From: Nitrospirota bacterium
GTDB taxonomy: Bacteria > Nitrospirota > UBA9217
Assembly (NCBI GenBank): GCA_035623825.1
Contig: DASPSR010000032.1
Location: 1-15,813 of the forward strand
DNA length: 15,813 nt
Direction of reading: 5' to 3'
This document shows positions 1 through 6,996 of this stretch, piece after piece; the first letter of the stretch is position 1, and each line of letters begins with the position of its first letter. The notes under the pieces were generated by a model that saw nothing but the letters and a program-made list of their open reading frames with translations, was not told the origin of the DNA and did not search any database. A program made the position numbers and the translations under genes.

Positions 1-181
1 TGGCGTTGTACGTATACCCGCCCTGCAGATAGATGCTCAGGCCGAGCGCCTTCTTCAGGTCGTCGGGATTGAGGCCTGCCGGTTTCGCGTCCTCGGCGAA
101 GGCCGAGGCGGCCAATGCGGCCGCGGCGCAGAACACGGCCAGACCGATCTTCAAACCAAGCAAAGAACCGAGCTTCTTCAT
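1..181 (-). CDS. Exported protein, probably an outer-membrane beta-barrel/porin co-transcribed with kdp (5' part only; runs off the window edge)
   Basis: Not in the ORF track. Hand translation from ATG at 181: MKKLGSLLGLKIGLAVFCAAAALAASAFA|EDAKPAGLNPDDLKKALGLSIYLQGGYTYNA... It has a Sec signal peptide with an A-F-A cleavage site, an AAAGGAG RBS, starts 23 nt after the kdpB stop, and ends in an alternating aromatic beta-strand-like segment (SIYLQGGYTYN). The porin call is inference. Confidence 0.7.
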   Translation of the reverse strand, partial: MKKLGSLLGLKIGLAVFCAAAALAASAFAEDAKPAGLNPDDLKKALGLSIYLQGGYTYNA

Positions 182-204
182 TATTAATCTCCTTTATATT
201 ATGG

Positions 205-2280
205 TCATATGATATGCATCGCCGTTATGATCATATCGATCAGCTTGATGCCGATGAATGGCACGATCACCCCTCCGATGCCGTATATCAGCGTGTTATT
301 ACGCAGAACGATTGATGCCCCCAGCGGCCGGTATTTCACCCCGCGGAGTGCCAGCGGTATTAAAAAAATGATGATCAACGCGTTGAAGATGACTGCTGAC
401 AAAACCGCGCTCTCCGGCGTTGCCAGGCCCATGACGTTGAGCGCCGCAAGCTGCGGATAGATGGAGATGAAAGCAGCGGGCAGGATTGCAAAGTACTTGG
501 CCACATCATTTGCGATGCTGAAGGTCGTGAGCGTGCCCCGGGTCATCAGGAGCTGCTTGCCGATCTCTACGATCTGGATGAGCTTCGTGGGATTGGAGTC
601 GAGGTCAACGAGATTGCCCGCCTCCTTGGCTGCCTGGGTGCCCGTATGCATGGCAACGGCGACATCTGCCTGTGCAAGGGCGGGGGCATCGTTCGTACCG
701 TCGCCGGTCATGGCAACGAGTCTTCCGCCTTTCTGATACTCGCGGATCAGCTTCAGCTTGGCCTCGGGTGTCGCCTCTGCCAGGAAATCGTCCACGCCGG
801 CCTCGGCGGCGACCGCAGCGGCGGTAAGCGGGTTGTCGCCCGTGATCATGACGGTTTTAATGCCCATCTGCCGCATTTCGGCAAAGCGCTCCTTGATTCC
901 CCCCTTGACGATGTCATTCAACCGGATGACTCCAAGCACCTTGTCCCCATCTGCCACGACGAGCGGCGTGGCCCCTTTTTTGGCGATATCGTCCACTACC
1001 AAGCGCACATCAGGAGGAAAAGCTCCGCCCTTTTTTTTGACATACTGTTCGACTGAATCGGCTGCGCCCTTGCGGATCTCACGGTGGTCCAGGTTTACGC
1101 CGCTCATCCTGGTTTGGGCCGTGAAAGGGACAAACTGCGCGCCGATATTGTGAATGTCTCTTGCTCTAAGGCCGTATTTTTCCTTTGCGAGCACGACGAT
1201 GCTCCGGCCCTCTGGAGTTTCGTCGGCAAGCGACGCAAGCTGGGCCGCATCAGCCAGAGCTCCCACATGTACGCCCGGCGCGGGGATAAACTCGGTGGCC
1301 TGGCGGTTTCCGAGGGTGATGGTGCCGGTCTTGTCCAGGAGCAGCACGTCGACGTCTCCGGCTGCCTCAACGGCCCTGCCGGACATGGCTATAACGTTTG
1401 CCTGGATCATCCGGTCCATACCGGCGATGCCGATGGCCGAAAGCAGCCCTCCGATGGTGGTCGGGATAAGACAGACGAGGAGCGCCACGAGGACGGTGAT
1501 GGTGACCGGTGATCCCTGGCCTGCGGCCTTCACGCTGAAGAGAGAGAAGGGGAGAAGCGTCACGCACACGAGTAGGAAAACGATGGTCATTCCCGCGAGC
1601 AGAATATCAAGCGCGATCTCATTCGGCGTCTTCTGGCGCTTCGCACCTTCTACCAGATTGATCATCCTATCAAGAAAGGTTTCGCCGGGACTCGTCGTGA
1701 TCCGTACAACGAGCCAGTCGGACAGCACAGTCGTTCCGCCTGTAACAGCGCTCCGGTCTCCACCGCTCTCGCGGATCACGGGTGCGCTCTCGCCGGTCAC
1801 AACGCTTTCATTGACCGAGGCTACACCCTCTACGACTTCGCCATCCATGGGAATAATATCGCCTGCCTCCACCAGGACGGTATCTCCTTTTTTAAGCTGC
1901 GAAGAGGCCACCTTGGTCACTTCCGCATCCGGCGCCGGTTTGGCAAGGCGCTTGGCCATGACATCGCGCCGCGTCTTGCGAAGTGACTCCGCCTGGGCCT
2001 TTCCTCGGCCCTCTGCCATCGATTCGGCGAAGTTGGCGAAGAGAACGGTGACCCACAGCCAGACGGATATCTGCAAGATGAAGCCCGGCGATGCTTCGCC
2101 TTTTCCCGTGAAGAGAGCGTGGAAAAAAAGGAGGGTCGTAAGCACGCTTCCGACTTCCACGACGAACATGACCGGATTCTTGATCTGATAAATCGGGTTC
2201 AGTTTTCTAATCGAATCCCGTAATGCCTGTTTAACGATTTTCGGGTCGAACAGCGACCTTTCTTTGATAATATTGCTCAT
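205..2280 (-). CDS. kdpB: Potassium-transporting P-type ATPase subunit B (691 aa)
   Basis: Motifs TGES, DKTGT (phosphorylated Asp), [16 protein letters not shown] and [12 protein letters not shown]. Start moved from 2349 to ATG 2280 ([13 protein letters not shown]), which follows a GAGGAGG RBS. Confidence 0.98.
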   Translation of the reverse strand: MSNIIKERSLFDPKIVKQALRDSIRKLNPIYQIKNPVMFVVEVGSVLTTLLFFHALFTGKGEASPGFILQISVWLWVTVLFANFAESMAEGRGKAQAESLRKTRRDVMAKRLAKPAPDAEVTKVASSQLKKGDTVLVEAGDIIPMDGEVVEGVASVNESVVTGESAPVIRESGGDRSAVTGGTTVLSDWLVVRITTSPGETFLDRMINLVEGAKRQKTPNEIALDILLAGMTIVFLLVCVTLLPFSLFSVKAAGQGSPVTITVLVALLVCLIPTTIGGLLSAIGIAGMDRMIQANVIAMSGRAVEAAGDVDVLLLDKTGTITLGNRQATEFIPAPGVHVGALADAAQLASLADETPEGRSIVVLAKEKYGLRARDIHNIGAQFVPFTAQTRMSGVNLDHREIRKGAADSVEQYVKKKGGAFPPDVRLVVDDIAKKGATPLVVADGDKVLGVIRLNDIVKGGIKERFAEMRQMGIKTVMITGDNPLTAAAVAAEAGVDDFLAEATPEAKLKLIREYQKGGRLVAMTGDGTNDAPALAQADVAVAMHTGTQAAKEAGNLVDLDSNPTKLIQIVEIGKQLLMTRGTLTTFSIANDVAKYFAILPAAFISIYPQLAALNVMGLATPESAVLSAVIFNALIIIFLIPLALRGVKYRPLGASIVLRNNTLIYGIGGVIVPFIGIKLIDMIITAMHII

Positions 2281-2359
2281 GCTACGCCTCCTCGAAAAAA
2301 TCGATTGTCCCCTGGTCCGGATTAGGCGCACAAAATTCGCGCCATGCATTTACTATTAC

Positions 2360-3373
2360 CTACGGCGCGCCATATTTGCTGCGAAGCTCGAGATTGACTT
2401 CAAGTACATTGATGAACTTCTCGCCTGCAAGGCCGTTAAACGGGGCTGAAGCGTTCTTCTGCAGCATCTGTTCGATCTCATTCCGCACCCCGGCCGGATC
2501 GCGCTTCAGGTCAGCTGCCCACCTTGCGGCTATCCGGTCGAGCTGAAATTCGGCATTCTGGAGCGTAATGTGAGGATCGAGCCCGGACGCTGACGTAGTG
2601 ACCATGTCTCCGGGAACATCCTCGAGATCGGCATCGGGATGGTCCTGGCGCCACATGTCAAAGAAGATCGACTGGATGTCCGATCCAGCACTTACCGGTT
2701 CGATGGCCGTTTGAATTTTTCCGTCTTTACCCTTCCGGGTCACGCCGGAAGGGAATTTACCCGGATTCTGAGTTGAGAAGTTTTTGAAGAAGGTGACGGC
2801 AAGATCGGGCGCTTTCGGTTGTGGGATCCCCGGATTTTCTTTTATGAACTGCGCTACTTCCTTGGGATGCGTCTTGCCCCAATTATCCACGTAAGCAGCG
2901 TGTGTCGGGTCTCCCGTGACCCATGCCTGAGCAAGGGAATTATGCAGGTCGGCCCACTGGGCGACAATATGCGGGGTGCCCTGGAACACGTCCTTCTGGA
3001 ACCACAGCTCGATGTCCGGGGCCACTGGCTGTCCCGCCTTAGGGCCGCGCTTATATTGCACGATCGCCCCCAGTGTGCGCGCGACACGGTCGCGCAACGC
3101 ATAGTTCGAGGCCGCCAGGCTTGACGAGGTCGAGGCGGACGCGTCATACGACGCGGCCGAGGGGCGGGGTTGAAAATATTCGTCCTTGGTAAATGGCTGC
3201 GCAATGAGCCGCGATCCCACGGGCTTGCCCTCCGGCCCCATCAACAGGCTGCCGTTAGCCTGGGAAGGGAAAAAAACTTGTCCGACCGCCCACAGCGCCA
3301 ATGTATAGAGGATGCAGCATATGGCCACGGTGGATATCAATAGTAAGATGCTCTTCGAAAGATATCGGAACAT
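2360..3373 (-). CDS. kdpC: Potassium-transporting ATPase subunit C, extended form (337 aa)
   Basis: N-terminal TM helix, then GQVFFPSQANGSL, GSRLIAQPF, YFQPRPSA, VPGDMVTTSASGLDPHIT and INVLEVNLEL, all KdpC hallmarks. AAGGAGG RBS. Contains a ~140-aa insertion. Confidence 0.95.
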   Translation of the reverse strand: MFRYLSKSILLLISTVAICCILYTLALWAVGQVFFPSQANGSLLMGPEGKPVGSRLIAQPFTKDEYFQPRPSAASYDASASTSSSLAASNYALRDRVARTLGAIVQYKRGPKAGQPVAPDIELWFQKDVFQGTPHIVAQWADLHNSLAQAWVTGDPTHAAYVDNWGKTHPKEVAQFIKENPGIPQPKAPDLAVTFFKNFSTQNPGKFPSGVTRKGKDGKIQTAIEPVSAGSDIQSIFFDMWRQDHPDADLEDVPGDMVTTSASGLDPHITLQNAEFQLDRIAARWAADLKRDPAGVRNEIEQMLQKNASAPFNGLAGEKFINVLEVNLELRSKYGAP

Positions 3374-3421
3374 GTAAGCCTCCTTGATTCATTAAGATCG
3401 CACCAGCTCCAACGCTGTCAA

Positions 3422-5248
3422 TCACCCGCCGAACGGAAACGGCCCAAAATGTTCGGCAATTGGGCCGACTGCTGCAGCAGGCAGGAAGAGGAGCGCGCCA
3501 ATGATCAGGATTGTCGCGAGCAAAAACAAGCCAAACGTTATATCGTTGTCGCGCAGGGTTCCCAAGCCGACCGGGCTTGTCTTCTTCTCTCCCAGGTATG
3601 CCGCCATTGCGATGGGAGCAATGATGGGAAGGAAGCGGCTGATGGCCATGACGATGCCCGTCGCGATATCGAACGCTATCGCGCTCGGAGCAGGACTTGT
3701 TGCGTTGTAAAAACCGTAGGTCACTCCCAGCCCGTCGAATGCCGAACCGTTATTGGCCGAGGCCGAGGAGAACTGGTACAGGATCTGCGAGAAACCATGG
3801 GCCCCCGGATTGCTGACCGCGTCTACACCCCAGTGCGTCACCGCGAAGAGGGCAACGGGCGCCAGAATCATGAACGGATGGACCAGCACGGCGATGGCCG
3901 CCAATTTGATTTCGCGGGCTTCAATTTTTTTACCCAGATATTCCGGCGTCCGTCCAACCATCATGCCGGCGATGAAGATGCCGATGATCACATAGAGCAG
4001 CATGTTGATCATACCCACGCCTTTTCCGCCAAAAATGGAGTTGATCCACATTCCCAGCATGGGCGACAAAGCAGCGATCGGATTCAAGCTGTCCTCCTCC
4101 GCGTTCACTGCACCGCAGGTCACGTCCGTGGTCAGGGCATCGAAGGTGGCGCCTGCCGATGTTCCGAAACGCATTTCCTTGCCCTCAAGATTGCCGAGGT
4201 GCTGGTCCACCGGCAGACCCGCAACCGCTGCATAGGTTATCGTCTTTTTCGCATCCGTGGCTTTCGCTCCCGGCATTTCAAAAGTTCGCGCACGATGTGC
4301 GGTCAATCCCGGGTTCGGCTTCAATGTGTCGAAATAGACCGACCAAACAACGGTACCCGCCATGAGCGTCAGCATGACCAGAAATATGACATAGGAGTGC
4401 CGCATTCTTCCGAGCATCCGGCCGTACATGATCACGAGCGCGAAGGGGAAGATCATCATGGCAAGGGTGTTGAAGAAGTTCGACAGCGCCGTTGGATTTT
4501 CGAAGGGGTGCGCGGAGTTCATCCCGTAAAATCCGCCGCCGTTGGTCCCGAGCATTTTTATGGACTCTAGGGCCGCCACGGGACCGACCACGATGGTCTG
4601 CTGCTTCGCCTCGCCCTTGTCCGTGGTCCCCATGGCTGCTGGCTCGAGCGTCGAAACCTGATGAGCGCTTTTAAAAGTCATAGGGCTGCCCTGCGAGATG
4701 AAGATCAGAGCGAATACGAAGGCGGCCGGAACGAACATGTAGATTAACACCCGCCACATATCCAGGAAAAAGTTGCCGAGCGATTTATCGCTGCGCAAGG
4801 CCCGGATGATCGCGACCAGCGCACATAAACCGATGGCAGCTGACATAAACATATTGGAGATGCAAAAGAAAATCTGACTGAAGTTAGACAGATGCTGGTC
4901 CCCGGAATAATGCTGGAGGTTGGTGTTCGTCATGAAGGACACGACGCTGTTAAAAATAGTGCTTGGAGCCAGCATGGTCTTGCCGTCCGGATTGAGGGGC
5001 ATGAACGGCTGCAGCGCCAGGACAATGTAGCCGAACGCGAACAGCACGGTATTGAAGAGAAGCAGAGAAACGGTATACTGCTTCCAGTTTTGAGGACCGC
5101 TGTCCAGGCGCTTTTCGAACCACCCCATGACCGGGAGTGGCCGGTATTTTCCGTCCATAATCCACGCCAGGTAGCGGCTCAACGGGAACGCGATAACGGT
5201 CGCCGTCGCGAGAAGAGCAAAGGGAAGAAGCCAGGTTTGAATAAACAT
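3422..5248 (-). CDS. kdpA: Potassium-transporting ATPase subunit A (608 aa)
   Basis: Four selectivity-filter motifs (TNTNLQ, GTNGGG, TCGAV, NNGSAF) plus NSAHPFENP, NLEGKE and GRTPEYLGKKIE. AAGGAGG RBS. Confidence 0.98.
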   Translation of the reverse strand: MFIQTWLLPFALLATATVIAFPLSRYLAWIMDGKYRPLPVMGWFEKRLDSGPQNWKQYTVSLLLFNTVLFAFGYIVLALQPFMPLNPDGKTMLAPSTIFNSVVSFMTNTNLQHYSGDQHLSNFSQIFFCISNMFMSAAIGLCALVAIIRALRSDKSLGNFFLDMWRVLIYMFVPAAFVFALIFISQGSPMTFKSAHQVSTLEPAAMGTTDKGEAKQQTIVVGPVAALESIKMLGTNGGGFYGMNSAHPFENPTALSNFFNTLAMMIFPFALVIMYGRMLGRMRHSYVIFLVMLTLMAGTVVWSVYFDTLKPNPGLTAHRARTFEMPGAKATDAKKTITYAAVAGLPVDQHLGNLEGKEMRFGTSAGATFDALTTDVTCGAVNAEEDSLNPIAALSPMLGMWINSIFGGKGVGMINMLLYVIIGIFIAGMMVGRTPEYLGKKIEAREIKLAAIAVLVHPFMILAPVALFAVTHWGVDAVSNPGAHGFSQILYQFSSASANNGSAFDGLGVTYGFYNATSPAPSAIAFDIATGIVMAISRFLPIIAPIAMAAYLGEKKTSPVGLGTLRDNDITFGLFLLATILIIGALLFLPAAAVGPIAEHFGPFPFGG

Positions 5249-5363
5249 CGTTTTGCCTCCTTGTTTTAGTTTCTAACCCGCCGCCCTATCGATGCCATCA
5301 CAGGCCTGCACGAGCTGCGATCGGCGAATATAAAAAGCAGGGGGACATCATTCGAGAATTCAA

Positions 5364-5459
5364 CTAGATTTTCTCACATGCCTTCACAAATAAGAAACAT
5401 ATGCCCATCACTAAAATGCCGAGGAAGAACGTCGCCGGCAGCCAGATGAAAAGATTCAT
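5364..5459 (-). CDS. Small single-TM peptide in the kdp operon (31 aa)
   Basis: Hand translation MNLFIWLPATFFLGILVMGICFLFVKACEKI*. AAGGAGG RBS upstream; lies between kdpF and kdpA; one hydrophobic helix followed by a charged tail. Confidence 0.8.
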   Translation of the reverse strand: MNLFIWLPATFFLGILVMGICFLFVKACEKI

Positions 5460-5501
5460 GGGATATCCCTCCTTTTTATTGCGCTAGACCGTTTGTTCCT
5501 T

Positions 5502-5594
5502 TCATGACAGGCTCTCCGGCCTAAGAAGTGCAATCATGAGATACACAAACAACCCGACGGAGACGATGCCGCCTATCCAGTAGAACAGTTCCAT
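5502..5594 (-). CDS. kdpF: KdpF, small stabilising subunit of the Kdp complex (30 aa)
   Basis: Hand translation MELFYWIGGIVSVGLFVYLMIALLRPESLS*, with the KdpF signature YLxxALLxPE. GAGGAGG RBS; upstream of kdpA. Confidence 0.92.
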   Translation of the reverse strand: MELFYWIGGIVSVGLFVYLMIALLRPESLS

Positions 5595-5697
5595 ATCGAT
5601 CCTCCTCTCCTCGTTCAAAGAGTTTCACGAACAACCAGCATGCAGCAAAGAGCACAATCGTATCCCCGATGAACAGGTCGTAGATTATCGCCTCCAT
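5521..5697 (-). CDS. Possible (perhaps decayed) third hydrophobic kdp leader peptide
   Basis: 58-aa ORF MEAIIYDLFIGDTIVLFAACWLFVKLFERGEEDR... Only the first ~30 aa look like a TM peptide, and the rest overlaps kdpF in another frame. A GGAGG lies 5 nt before an in-frame ATC, which could be a lost ATG. Confidence 0.4.
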   Translation of the reverse strand: MEAIIYDLFIGDTIVLFAACWLFVKLFERGEEDRYGTVLLDRRHRLRRVVCVSHDCTS

Positions 5698-5723
5698 TGC
5701 CTTACATATATAAGCATAAGCGG

Positions 5724-5772
5724 TCTTAAATTGCTGTTAAAAATAAGGGCAAATGCATTAAAATTGCATAAA
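5724..5772 (-). promoter_or_regulatory. Putative KdpE (OmpR-family) binding repeats in the kdp promoter
   Basis: Minus strand has TTTATGC-N4-TTAATGC (5772-5755) and TTTAACA-N4-TTTAAGA (5741-5724). These are T-rich direct repeats with 11-bp phasing, like the TTTA-led KdpE site of E. coli. An AT-rich -10-like TATATA follows at ~5712-5707. Confidence 0.55.
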
Positions 5773-6008
5773 GGCATTTTCTTACGACTAAGGGCGCATT
5801 GTTAAAACGTGTCATAAGTAACAGGTAGTGTTAATCACTGCGGGTCGGCAAAGAGCACATTGATGATGACGGCATACAGGACGTATCATCGAATTCCCTT
5901 TTGCATGGGTAAACAGAATCGCAAAAGGGGAATCGTATGGAGACGTCAGCCGGCGGGCGTGGCACACAAATCGCGACTCGGTAATTCCGTCTTGCCATTT
6001 TAAATTTA

Positions 6009-6017
6009 TGTTATAAT
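6009..6017 (+). promoter_or_regulatory. Extended -10 promoter element for the AcsE-like gene
   Basis: TGtTATAAT lies 42 nt upstream of ATG 6060, with an AAGGAGG RBS before the start. TTGCCA at 5992-5997 is only 14 nt away, so it is a poor -35. Confidence 0.55.
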
Positions 6018-6059
6018 TGCAAAAGACACGTTTTTAAACGTCTTTTCAAGGAGGGTCGT

Positions 6060-6842
6060 ATGCTCGTGATAGCGGACAATCTCAGCGTCAGGAACAGGGC
6101 TTACATGGAGGCGGTGAAGAAGAAGGACAAGAAGGCCATCGAAGCCATGGCCAAGGAACTCGCGTCCAAGGGCGCGGAGTTGATCAACGTCCAGGTCTCG
6201 CTCGACGGCATCGGCGATGAGGATGCCCTGCCGATGGCGACCGAATCTGTCCAGCAGGCTGCCGGTCTGCCCCTGTGCCTTGATTCAAGGAACGTGAAGG
6301 CCCTCAGGAAAACCGTTCTCCTCTGCAGCGAGCCGCCTATCATCAACTACTTATCCGCTGACGAGAAGAACCCCGATGAGTTATTCGCCCTCGTCAGGGA
6401 AACGAAATCGAACCTCATCATCCGGGCTCTCAAGGGCACCGTGCCAACGACTCTCGAAGCAAAGCTCATGATCATCGAGGACCTGATCGAGAAGGCGAAT
6501 GCTGCCGACATCCCGAACGAGCGGATCTTCGCCGATCCGTCGGTGGTGCATATCGGCAAGGGTATGGGACAGGAGCACCTGCTCAACGCACACGAGTGCA
6601 TTGTGGTGCTGAATGAAATGGTAGATCCTCCGGTCAACACGGCGGTCTGGATTTCGAACGTGACGACAGGGCTTCCGAAGAGCCTGAAGCCCACCGTTGC
6701 CTCGGCCTACCTATGCTACCTTGCGGGGGCCGGCCTGCACGCGGCGATGGTGAACGTTAAAGACCCGGAGATCATGAAGGCCGTGTATTTGATCAAATCG
6801 TTCCGGGACGAGATAATCTTCTCCCCGGCAGATCTAGCATAG
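6060..6842 (+). CDS. Pterin-binding (DHPS-like TIM barrel) protein related to methyltetrahydrofolate:corrinoid methyltransferase AcsE (260 aa)
   Basis: Size and motif order match AcsE/MetH pterin-binding domains: PLCLDS, IIN, RIFADP, SNV, AGLHAAM. Several positions diverge (ADNLS for GERIN; WISN for GLSN). Confidence 0.8.
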   Translation: MLVIADNLSVRNRAYMEAVKKKDKKAIEAMAKELASKGAELINVQVSLDGIGDEDALPMATESVQQAAGLPLCLDSRNVKALRKTVLLCSEPPIINYLSADEKNPDELFALVRETKSNLIIRALKGTVPTTLEAKLMIIEDLIEKANAADIPNERIFADPSVVHIGKGMGQEHLLNAHECIVVLNEMVDPPVNTAVWISNVTTGLPKSLKPTVASAYLCYLAGAGLHAAMVNVKDPEIMKAVYLIKSFRDEIIFSPADLA

Positions 6843-6913
6843 GATGGGATCTTCGCCGGGGAGATCACAGAAAAACATCCCTGGCAAACGATCCACGGGG
6901 AAAGGGGAGGAGC

Positions 6914-6957
6914 GGGGAAACGGAGAAGGATGTAAGACGTGCTTTCTCCCTTTCTCC
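6914..6957. terminator. Imperfect hairpin between convergent genes (possible bidirectional terminator)
   Basis: GGGGAAAcGGAGAAGG can pair with CTTTCTCCcTTTCTCC (with G-U pairs) between the stops at 6842 and 6997. No clear U tract. Confidence 0.4.
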
Positions 6958-6996
6958 ATCCGCCCGGTTGCTTCTTCAGGCAGGGAACTTTGTAAC

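Noticed and set aside
1154-2188. 344-aa plus-strand ORF, and other long antisense ORFs at 3449-4570, 8360-9106, 10652-11578 and 13851-14795
   Set aside because: All lie opposite well-supported genes, have no recognisable motifs, and are typical shadow ORFs produced by codon bias.
2281-2349. 23-aa N-terminal extension of KdpB in the ORF track
   Set aside because: A strong GAGGAGG precedes ATG 2280, where KdpB-like sequence starts; the extension is not KdpB-like.
5290-5351. Possible decayed second kdpF just upstream of kdpA (MMSPCFLYSPIAARAGL*)
   Set aside because: No RBS, and the resemblance needs frameshifts; too weak to support.
5780-5960. c-di-AMP (ydaO) riboswitch upstream of kdp
   Set aside because: I could not find the conserved ydaO motifs on the minus strand by eye, and the likely kdp promoter lies downstream of this stretch. 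An Infernal search would settle it.
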